DNA from: Laetmonice hystrix
Lineage: Eukaryota
NCBI GenBank assembly: GCA_965235115.1
Contig: OZ249436.1
Coordinates: 12,588,001 to 12,652,000 of the forward strand
Direction: 5' to 3'
DNA length: 64,000 nt
This document shows, piece after piece, positions 1 to 12,000 of the stretch; position 1 is the first letter of the stretch; each line of letters opens with the position of its first letter. Under the pieces are notes generated by a model. It searched no databases, was not told the DNA's origin, and saw only the letters and a list, made by a program, of their open reading frames with translations. The translations under genes and the position numbers were made by a program.

Positions 1-3000
1 ATATGAGAGTAGATGATATATAGACGAGACGTAGGGCCTGCCTCCTGGACAATAAAGGCATGGAAACATGAAACATGAGGCGTCCCTATACTACTGGCTA
101 CTCTTGTATACAAGCAAACGGTACAGGGAGGCCAAACAGTACAGGGAGGAATCGCTACAAGGTATACTGGCTGACCTAGCACCTAAGCGAACACTACAGT
201 GAGGCCCAAGAGTACAGTGAGGCCAAATAGTACACTGTCGGGCCAAGCAGTGTGGGAGGCCAACCAGTAGGGTGAGAAGTCCCTACATCTTACCGGCTGG
301 CCTATAGTAGACATGCAAACACTACAGTGAGGTTGTGGAAATGAAAGGTACAAGCCAGGAGCATCTAATGTGAAAATCTGGAGAAGATACTGAAATGGGA
401 AGTGTACACATCACAAGCATATATCTGTAGCGAACGTACGAGACCTATACGTTTGACAGTTATACATCTGGCCTAAGAATAATAATTTTGGACGGGCGTA
501 GTTTAAGTTGACGTATCAAAAATGTAGCCATTTTTCGCTTATCATTGCTTTAATCTGTCTCTCGCCACAGGTGCCTGCCAGCCCGGCCAGGTGTACGTGG
601 TGATTCCACCGCTGGCCGGAAGGCGGCAGTGCAGTCAGCGCCGCCGCCGCCGCTTCAGTGGAGCTGCGCTGCACCCTAGTGTTTTCTGCCTGCAACATCT
701 GTGTGTCATCTTTCTTTGTTTGTTTGTTACTTGGGGATGGGATATCTAATATAGAAAAGGCGTACAACGTCATTTGCCATTGTTAACTAAACCTTGACGG
801 CAAACAGTCATTGGGACGACCTGACAACGTTGTCGGACGCGTACAAATGGTCGGTAGGGGACACAGATTATATGAGAGTAGATGATATATAGACGAGACG
901 TAGGGCCTGCCTCCTGGACAATAAAGGCATGGAAACATGAAACATGAGGCGTCCCTATACTACTGGCTACTCTTGTATACAAGCAAACGGTACAGGGAGG
1001 CCAAACAGTACAGGGAGGAATCGCTACAAGGTATACTGGCTGACCTAGCACCTAAGCGAACACTACAGTGAGGCCCAAGAGTACAGTGAGGCCAAATAGT
1101 ACACTGTCGGGCCAAGCAGTGTGGGAGGCCAACCAGTAGGGTGAGAAGTCCCTACATCTTACCGGCTGGCCTATAGTAGACATGCAAACACTACAGTGAG
1201 GTTGTGGAAATGAAAGGTACAAGCCAGGAGCATCTAATGTGAAAATCTGGAGAAGATACTGAAATGGGAAGTGTACACATCACAAGCATATATCTGTAGC
1301 GAACGTACGAGACCTATACGTTTGACAGTTATACATCTGGCCTAAGAATAATAATTTTGGACGGGCGTAGTTTAAGTTGACGTATCAAAAATGTAGCCAT
1401 TTTTCGCTTATCATTGCTTTAATCTGTCTCTCGCCACAGGTGCCTGCCAGCCCGGCCAGGTGTACGTGGTGATTCCACCGCTGGCCGGAAGGCGGCAGTG
1501 CAGTCAGCGCCGCCGCCGCCGCTTCAGTGGAGCTGCGCTGCACCCTAGTGTTTTCTGCCTGCAACATCTGTGTGTCATCTTTCTTTGTTTGTTTGTTACT
1601 TGGGGATGGGATATCTAATATAGAAAAGGCGTACAACGTCATTTGCCATTGTTAACTAAACCTTGACGGCAAACAGTCATTGGGACGACCTGACAACGTT
1701 GTTGGACGCTTACAGATGGTCTGTAGGGGACACAGATTAGATGGGAGTAGATGATAGACGAGACGTATGGCCTGCCTCCTGGACAATAAAGGCATGGAAA
1801 CATGAAACATGAGGCGTCCCTATACTACTGGCTACTCTTGTATACAAGCAAACGGTACAGGGAGGCCAAACAGTACAGGGAGGAATCGCTACAAGGTATA
1901 CTGGCTTACCTACCACCCAAGCGAACACTACAGTGAGGCCAAAGAGTACAGTGAGGCCAAATAGTACACTGTGGGGCCAAGCAGTGTGGGAGGCCAACCA
2001 GTAGAGTGAGAAGTCCCTACATCTTACCGGCTGGCCTATAGTAGCCATGCAAACACTACAGTGAGGTAGTGGAAATGAAAGGTACAGGCGAGGAGCATCT
2101 AATGTAAAAGTCTGGAGAACATACTGAAATGGGAAGTGTACACATCACAAGCATATATCTGTAGCGAACGTACGAGACCTATACGTTTGACAGTTATACA
2201 TCTGTCCTAAGAATAATAATTTTGGGCGGGCGTAGTTTAAGTTGACGTATCAAAAATGTAGCCATTTTTCGCTTATCATTGCTTTAACCTGTCTCTCGCC
2301 ACAGGTGCCTGCCAGCCCGGCCAGGTGTACGTGGTGATTCCACCGCTGGCCGGAAGGCGGCAGTGCAGTCAGCGCCGCCGCCGCCGCTTCAGTGGAGCTG
2401 CGCTGCACCCTGGTGTTTTCTGCCTGCAACATCTGTGTGTCATCTTTCTTTGTTTGTTTGTTACTTGGGGATGGGATATCTAATATAGAAAAGGCGTACA
2501 ACGTCATTTGCCATTGTTAACTAAACCTTGACGGCAAACAGTCATTGGGACGACCTGACAACGTTGTTGGACGCTTACAGATGGTCTGTAGGGGACACAG
2601 ATTAGATGGGAGTAGATGATAGACGAGACGTATGGCCTGCCTCCTGGACAATAAAGGCATGGAAACATGAAACATGAGGCGTCCCTATACTACTGGCTAC
2701 TCTTGTATACAAGCAAACGGTACAGGGAGGCCAAACAGTATAGGGAGGAATCGCTACAAGGTATACTGGCTGACCTACCACCCAAGCGAACACTACAGTG
2801 AGGCCAAAGAGTACAGTGAGGCCAAATAGTACACTGTGGGGCCAAGCAGTGTGGGAGGCCAACCAGTAGAGTGAGAAGTCCCTACATCTTACCGGCTGGC
2901 CTATAGTAGCCATGCAAACACTACAGTGAGGTAGTGGAAATGAAAGGTACAGGCGAGGAGCATCTAATGTAAAAGTCTGGAGAACATACTGAAATGGGAA

Positions 3001-6000
3001 GTGTACACATCACAAGCATATATCTGTAGCGAACGTACGAGACCTATACGTTTGACAGTTATACATCTGGCCTAAGAATAATAATTTTGGGCGGGCGTAG
3101 TTTAAGTTGACGTATCAAAAATGTAGCCATTTTTCGCTTATCATTGCTTTAACCTGTCTCTCGCCACAGGTGCCTGCCAGCCCGGCCAGGTGTACGTGGT
3201 GATTCCACCGCTGGCCGGAAGGCGGCAGTGCAGTCAGCGCCGCCGCCGCCGCTTCAGTGGAGCTGCGCTGCACCCTGGTGTTTTCTGCCTGCAACATCTG
3301 TGTGTCATCTTTCTTTGTTTGTTTGTTACTTGGGGATGGGATATCTGATATAGAAAAGGCGTACAACGTCATTTGCCATTGTTAACTAAACCTTGACGGC
3401 AAACAGTCATTGGGACGACCTGACAACGTTGTTGGACGCTTACAGATGGTCTGTAGGGGACACAGATTAGATGGGAGTAGATGATAGACGAGACGTATGG
3501 CCTGCCTCCTGGAGAATGAAGGCACGGAAACATGAAACATAAGGCGTCCCTATACTACTGGCTACTCTTGTATACAAGCAAACGGTACAGGGAGGCCAAA
3601 CAGTACAGGGAGGACTCGCTACAAGGTATACTGGCTGACCTAGCTCCCAAGCGAACACTACAGTGAGGCCAAAGAGTACATTGAGGCCAAATAGTACACT
3701 GTGGGGCCAAGCAGTGTGGGAGGCCAACCAGTAGAGTGAGAAGTCCCTACATCTTACCGGCTGGCCTATAGTAGCCATGCAAACACTACAGTGAGGTAGT
3801 GGAAATGAAAGGTACAGGCGAGGAGCATCTAATGTAAAAGTCTGGAGAACATACTGAAATGGGAAGTGTACACATCACAAGCATATATCTGTAGCGAACG
3901 TACGAGACCTATACGTTTGACAGTTATACATCTGGCCTAAGAATAATAATTTTGGGTGGGCGTAGTTTAAGTTGACGTATCAAAAATGTAGCCATTTTTC
4001 GCTTATCATTGCTTTAACCTGTCTCTCGCCACAGGTGCCTGCCAGCCCGGCCAGGTGTACGTGGTGATTCCACCGCTGGCCGGAAGGCGGCAGTGCAGTC
4101 AGCGTCGCCGCCGCTTCAGTGGAGCTGCGCTGCACCCTGGTGTTTTCTGCCTGCAACATCTGTGTGTCATCTTTCTTTGTTTGTTTGTTACTTGGGGATG
4201 GGATATCTGATATAGAAAAGGCGTACAACGTCATTTGCCATTGTTAACTAAACCTTGACGGCAAACAGTCATTGGGACGACCTGACAACGTTGTTGGACG
4301 CATACAGATGGTCTGTAGGGGACACAGATTAGATGGGAGTAGATGATAGACGAGACATATGGCCTGCCTCCTGGACAATAAAGGCATGGAAACATGAAAC
4401 ATGAGGCGTCCCTATACTACTGGCTACTCTTGTATACAAGCAAACGGTACAGGGAGGCCAAACAGTACAGGGAGGAATCGCTACAAGGTATACTGGCTGA
4501 CCTACCACCCAAGCGAACAGTACAGTGAGGCCAAAGAGTACAGTGAGGCCAAATAGTACACTGTGGGGCCAAGCAGTGTGGGAGGCCAACCAGTAGAGTG
4601 AGAAGTCCCTACATCTTACCGGCTGGCCTATAGTAGCCATGCAAACACTACAGTGAGGTAGTGGAAATGAAAGGTACAGGCGAGGAGCATCTAATGTGAA
4701 AATCTGGAGAACATACTGAAATGGGAAGTGTACACATCACAAGCATATATCTGTAGCGAACGTACGAGACCTATACGTTTGACAGTTATACATCTGGCCT
4801 AAGAATAATAATTTTGGGCGGGCGTAGTTTAAGTTGACGTATCAAAAATGTAGCCATTTTTCGCTTATCATTGCTTTAACCTGTCTCTCGCCACAGGTGC
4901 CTGCCAGCCCGGCCAGGTGTACGTGGTGATTCCACCGCTGGCCGGAAGGCGGCAGTGCAGTCAGCGCCGCCGCCGCCGCTTCAGTGGAGCTGCGCTGCAC
5001 CCTGGTGTTTTCTGCCTGCAACATCTGTGTGTCATCTTTCTTTGTTTGTTTGTTACTTGGGGATGGGATATCTGATATAGAAAAGGCGTACAACGTCATT
5101 TGCCATTGTTAACTAAACCTTGACGGCAAACAGTCATTGGGACGACCTGACAACGTTGTCGGACGCGTACAAATGGTCTGTAGGGGACACAGATTATATG
5201 AGAGTAGATGATATATAGACGAGACGTAGGGCCTGCCTCCTGGACAATAAAGGCATGGAAACATGAAACATGAGGCGTCCCTATACTACTGGCTACTCTT
5301 GTATACAAGCAAACGGTACAGGGAGGCCAAACAGTACAGGGAGGAATCGCTACAAGGTATACTGGCTGACCTAGCACCTAAGCGAACACTACAGTGAGGC
5401 CCAAGAGTACAGTGAGGCCAAATAGTACACTGTGGGGCCAAGCAGTGTGGGAGGCCAACCAGTAGGGTGAGAAGTCCCTACATCTTACCGGCTGGCCTAT
5501 AGTAGACATGCAAACACTACAGTGAGGTTGTGGAAATGAAAGGTACAAGCCAGGAGCATCTAATGTGAAAATCTGGAGAAGATACTCAAATGGGAAGTGT
5601 ACACATCACAAGCATATATCTGTAGCGAACGTACGAGACCTATACGTTTGACAGTTATACATCTGGCCTAAGAATAATAATTTTGGACGGGCGTAGTTTA
5701 AGTTGACGTATCAAAAATGTAGCCATTTTTCGCTTATCATTGCTTTAATCTGTCTCTCGCCACAGGTGCCTGCCAGCCCGGCCAGGTGTACGTGGTGATT
5801 CCACCGCTGGCCGGAAGGCGGCAGTGCAGTCAGCGCCGCCGCCGCCGCTTCAGTGGAGCTGCGCTGCACCCTAGTGTTTTCTGCCTGCAACATCTGTGTG
5901 TCATCTTTCTTTGTTTGTTTGTTACTTGGGGATGGGATATCTAATATAGAAAAGGCGTACAACGTCATTTGCCATTGTTAACTAAACCTTGACGGCAAAC

Positions 6001-9000
6001 AGTCATTGGGACGACCTGACAACGTTGTTGGACGCTTACAGATGGTCTGTAGGGGACACAGATTAGATGGGAGTAGATGATAGACGAGACGTATGGCCTG
6101 CCTCCTGGACAATAAAGGCATGGAAACATGAAACATGAGGCGTCCCTATACTACTGGCTACTCTTGTATACAAGCAAACGGTACAGGGAGGCCAAACAGT
6201 ACAGGGAGGAATCGCTACAAGGTATACTGGCTGACCTACCACCCAAGCGAACACTACAGTGAGGCCAAAGAGTACAGTGAGGCCAAATAGTACACTGTGG
6301 GGCCAAGCAGTGTGGGAGGCCAACCAGTAGAGTGAGAAGTCCCTACATCTTACCGGCTGGCCTATAGTAGCCATGCAAACACTACAGTGAGGTAGTGGAA
6401 ATGAAAGGTACAGGCGAGGAGCATCTAATGTAAAATTCTGGAGAACATACTGAAATGGGAAGTGTACACATCACAAGCATATATCTGTAGCGAACGTACG
6501 AGACCTATACGTTTGACAGTTATACATCTGGCCTAAGAATAATAATTTTGGGCGGGCGTAGTTTAAGTTGACGTATCAAAAATGTAGCCATTTTTCGCTT
6601 ATCATTGCTTTAACCTGTCTCTCGCCACAGGTGCCTGCCAGCCCGGCCAGGTGTACGTGGTGATTCCACCGCTGGCCGGAAGGCGGCAGTGCAGTCAGCG
6701 CCGCCGCCGCCGCTTCAGTGGAGCTGCGCTGCACCCTGGTGTTTTCTGCCTGCAACATCTGTGTGTCATCTTTCTTTGTTTGTTTGTTACTTGGGGATGG
6801 GATATCTGATATAGAAAAGGCGTACAACGTCATTTGCCATTGTTAACTAAACCTTGACGGCAAACAGTCATTGGGACGACCTGACAACGTTGTCGGACGC
6901 GTACAAATGGTCTGTAGGGGACACAGATTATATGAGAGTAGATGATATATAGACGAGACGTAGGGCCTGCCTCCTGGACAATAAAGGCATGGAAACATGA
7001 AACATGAGGCGTCCCTATACTACTGGCTACTCTTGTATACAAGCAAACGGTACAGGGAGGCCAAACAGTACAGGGAGGAATCGCTACAAGGTATACTGGC
7101 TGACCTAGCACCTAAGCGAACACTACAGTGAGGCCCAAGAGTACAGTGAGGCCAAATAGTACACTGTGGGGCCAAGCAGTGTGGGAGGCCAACCAGTAGG
7201 GTGAGAAGTCCCTACATCTTACCGGCTGGCCTATAGTAGACATGCAAACACTACAGTGAGGTTGTGGAAATGAAAGGTACAAGCCAGGAGCATCTAATGT
7301 GAAAATCTGGAGAAGATACTGAAATGGGAAGTGTACACATCACAAGCATATATCTGTAGCGAACGTACGAGACCTATACGTTTGACAGTTATACATCTGG
7401 CCTAAGAATAATAATTTTGGACGGGCGTAGTTTAAGTTGACGTATCAAAAATGTAGCCATTTTTCGCTTATCATTGCTTTAATCTGTCTCTCGCCACAGG
7501 TGCCTGCCAGCCCGGCCAGGTGTACGTGGTGATTCCACCGCTGGCCGGAAGGCGGCAGTGCAGTCAGCGCCGCCGCCGCCGCTTCAGTGGAGCTGCGCTG
7601 CACCCTAGTGTTTTCTGCCTGCAACATCTGTGTGTCATCTTTCTTTGTTTGTTTGTTACTTGGGGATGGGATATCTAATATAGAAAAGGCGTACAACGTC
7701 ATTTGCCATTGTTAACTAAACCTTGACGGCAAACAGTCATTGGGACGACCTGACAACGTTGTCGGACGCGTACAAATGGTCTGTAGGGGACACAGATTAT
7801 ATGAGAGTAGATGATATATAGACGAGACGTAGGGCCTGCCTCCTGGACAATAAAGGCATGGAAACATGAAACATGAGGCGTCCCTATACTACTGGCTACT
7901 CTTGTATACAAGCAAACGGTACAGGGAGGCCAAACAGTACAGGGAGGAATCGCTACAAGGTATACTGGCTGACCTAGCACCTAAGCGAACACTACAGTGA
8001 GGCCCAAGAGTACAGTGAGGCCAAATAGTACACTGTGGGGCCAAGCAGTGTGGGAGGCCAACCAGTAGGGTGAGAAGTCCCTACATCTTACCGGCTGGCC
8101 TATAGTAGACATGCAAACACTACAGTGAGGTTGTGGAAATGAAAGGTACAAGCCAGGAGCATCTAATGTGAAAATCTGGAGAAGATACTGAAATGGGAAG
8201 TGTACACATCACAAGCATATATCTGTAGCGAACGTACGAGACCTATACGTTTGACAGTTATACATCTGGCCTAAGAATAATAATTTTGGACGGGCGTAGT
8301 TTAAGTTGACGTATCAAAAATGTAGCCATTTTTCGCTTATCATTGCTTTAATCTGTCTCTCGCCACAGGTGCCTGCCAGCCCGGCCAGGTGTACGTGGTG
8401 ATTCCACCGCTGGCCGGAAGGCGGCAGTGCAGTCAGCGCCGCCGCCGCCGCTTCAGTGGAGCTGCGCTGCACCCTAGTGTTTTCTGCCTGCAACATCTGT
8501 GTGTCATCTTTCTTTGTTTGTTTGTTACTTGGGGATGGGATATCTAATATAGAAAAGGCGTACAACGTCATTTGCCATTGTTAACTAAACCTTGACGGCA
8601 AACAGTCATTGGGACGACCTGACAACGTTGTTGGACGCTTACAGATGGTCTGTAGGGGACACAGATTAGATGGGAGTAGATGATAGACGAGACGTATGGC
8701 CTGCCTCCTGGACAATAAAGGCATGGAAACATGAAACATGAGGCGTCCCTATACTACTGGCTACTCTTGTATACAAGCAAACGGTACAGGGAGGCCAAAC
8801 AGTATAGGGAGGAATCGCTACAAGGTATACTGGCTGACCTACCACCCAAGCGAACAGTACAGTGAGGCCAAAGAGTACAGTGAGGCCAAATAGTACACTG
8901 TGGGGCCAAGCAGTGTGGGAGGCCAACCAGTAGAGTGAGAAGTCCCTACATCTTACCGGCTGGCCTATAGTAGCCATGCAAACACTACAGTGAGGTAGTG

Positions 9001-12000
9001 GAAATGAAAGGTACAGGCGAGGAGCATCTAATGTAAAAGTCTGGAGAACATACTGAAATGGGAAGTGTACACATCACAAGCATATATCTGTAGCGAACGT
9101 ACGAGACCTATACGTTTGACAGTTATACATCTGGCCTAAGAATAATAATTTTGGGCGGGCGTAGTTTAAGTTGACGTATCAAAAATGTAGCCATTTTTCG
9201 CTTATCATTGCTTTAACCTGTCTCTCGCCACAGGTGCCTGCCAGCCCGGCCAGGTGTACGTGGTGATTCCACCGCTGGCCGGAAGGCGGCAGTGCAGTCA
9301 GCGCCGCCGCGCCGCTTCAGTGGAGCTGCGCTGCACCCTGGTGTTTTCTGCCTGCAACATCTGTGTGTCATCTTTCTTTGTTTGTTTGTTACTTGGGGAT
9401 GGGATATCTGATATAGAAAAGGCGTACAACGTCATTTGCCATTGTTAACTAAACCTTGACGGCAAACAGTCATTGGGACGACCTGACAACGTTGTTGGAC
9501 GCTTACAGATGGTCTGTAGGGGACACAGATTAGATGGGAGTAGATGATAGACGAGACGTATGGCCTGCCTCCTGGAGAATGAAGGCACGGAAACATGAAA
9601 CATAAGGCGTCCCTATACTACTGGCTACTCTTGTATACAAGCAAACGGTACAGGGAGGCCAAACAGTACAGGGAGGACTCGCTACAAGGTATACTGGCTG
9701 ACCTAGCTCCCAAGCGAACACTACAGTGAGGCCAAAGAGTACATTGAGGCCAAATAGTACACTGTGGGGCCAAGCAGTGTGGGAGGCCAACCAGTAGAGT
9801 GAGAAGTCCCTACATCTTACCGGCTGGCCTATAGTAGCCATGCAAACACTACAGTGAGGTAGTGGAAATGAAAGGTACAGGCGAGGAGCATCTAATGTGA
9901 AAATCTGGAGAACATACTGAAATGGGAAGTGTACACATCACAAGCATATATCTGTAGCGAACGTACGAGACCTATACGTTTGACAGTTATACATCTGGCC
10001 TAAGAATAATAATTTTGGGCGGGCGTAGTTTAAGTTGACGTATCAAAAATGTAGCCATTTTTCGCTTATCATTGCTTTAACCTGTCTCTCGCCACAGGTG
10101 CCTGCCAGCCCGGCCAGGTGTACGTGGTGATTCCACCGCTGGCCGGAAGGCGGCAGTGCAGTCAGCGCCGCCGCCGCCGCTTCAGTGGAGCTGCGCTGCA
10201 CCCTGGTGTTTTCTGCCTGCAACATCTGTGTGTCATCTTTCTTTGTTTGTTTGTTACTTGGGGATGGGATATCTGATATAGAAAAGGCGTACAACGTCAT
10301 TTGCCATTGTTAACTAAACCTTGACGGCAAACAGTCATTGGGACGACCTGACAACGTTGTCGGACGCGTACAAATGGTCTGTAGGGGACACAGATTATAT
10401 GAGAGTAGATGATATATAGACGAGACGTAGGGCCTGCCTCCTGGACAATAAAGGCATGGAAACATGAAACATGAGGCGTCCCTATACTACTGGCTACTCT
10501 TGTATACAAGCAAACGGTACAGGGAGGCCAAACAGTACAGGGAGGAATCGCTACAAGGTATACTGGCTGACCTAGCACCTAAGCGAACACTACAGTGAGG
10601 CCCAAGAGTACAGTGAGGCCAAATAGTACACTGTGGGGCCAAGCAGTGTGGGAGGCCAACCAGTAGGGTGAGAAGTCCCTACATCTTACCGGCTGGCCTA
10701 TAGTAGACATGCAAACACTACAGTGAGGTTGTGGAAATGAAAGGTACAAGCCAGGAGCATCTAATGTGAAAATCTGGAGAAGATACTCAAATGGGAAGTG
10801 TACACATCACAAGCATATATCTGTAGCGAACGTACGAGACCTATACGTTTGACAGTTATACATCTGGCCTAAGAATAATAATTTTGGACGGGCGTAGTTT
10901 AAGTTGACGTATCAAAAATGTAGCCATTTTTCGCTTATCATTGCTTTAATCTGTCTCTCGCCACAGGTGCCTGCCAGCCCGGCCAGGTGTACGTGGTGAT
11001 TCCACCGCTGGCCGGAAGGCGGCAGTGCAGTCAGCGCCGCCGCCGCCGCTTCAGTGGAGCTGCGCTGCACCCTAGTGTTTTCTGCCTGCAACATCTGTGT
11101 GTCATCTTTCTTTGTTTGTTTGTTACTTGGGGATGGGATATCTAATATAGAAAAGGCGTACAACGTCATTTGCCATTGTTAACTAAACCTTGACGGCAAA
11201 CAGTCATTGGGACGACCTGACAACGTTGTTGGACGCTTACAGATGGTCTGTAGGGGACACAGATTAGATGGGAGTAGATGATAGACGAGACGTATGGCCT
11301 GCCTCCTGGACAATAAAGGCATGGAAACATGAAACATGAGGCGTCCCTATACTACTGGCTACTCTTGTATACAAGCAAACGGTACAGGGAGGCCAAACAG
11401 TACAGGGAGGAATCGCTACAAGGTATACTGGCTGACCTACCACCCAAGCGAACACTACAGTGAGGCCAAAGAGTACAGTGAGGCCAAATAGTACACTGTG
11501 GGGCCAAGCAGTGTGGGAGGCCAACCAGTAGAGTGAGAAGTCCCTACATCTTACCGGCTGGCCTATAGTAGCCATGCAAACACTACAGTGAGGTAGTGGA
11601 AATGAAAGGTACAGGCGAGGAGCATCTAATGTAAAATTCTGGAGAACATACTGAAATGGGAAGTGTACACATCACAAGCATATATCTGTAGCGAACGTAC
11701 GAGACCTATACGTTTGACAGTTATACATCTGGCCTAAGAATAATAATTTTGGGCGGGCGTAGTTTAAGTTGACGTATCAAAAATGTAGCCATTTTTCGCT
11801 TATCATTGCTTTAACCTGTCTCTCGCCACAGGTGCCTGCCAGCCCGGCCAGGTGTACGTGGTGATTCCACCGCTGGCCGGAAGGCGGCAGTGCAGTCAGC
11901 GCCGCCGCCGCCGCTTCAGTGGAGCTGCGCTGCACCCTGGTGTTTTCTGCCTGCAACATCTGTGTGTCATCTTTCTTTGTTTGTTTGTTACTTGGGGATG

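Noticed and set aside
478..520. Sm-site-like AATTTTGG suggesting a tandem snRNA or spliced-leader RNA gene
   Set aside because: No recognisable U1/U2/U4/U5 sequence, no convincing SL donor at a suitable distance, weak flanking stems. An Rfam scan would settle it.
572..680. Hammerhead or HDV-like ribozyme in the monomer
   Set aside because: No CTGANGA...GAAA core with stems; candidate HDV L3 motifs lack a pairing P3. Not excluded for other folds.
720..750. ttacttggggatggga resembling 5S rRNA box C
   Set aside because: Only a short partial match; the rest of 5S is absent.
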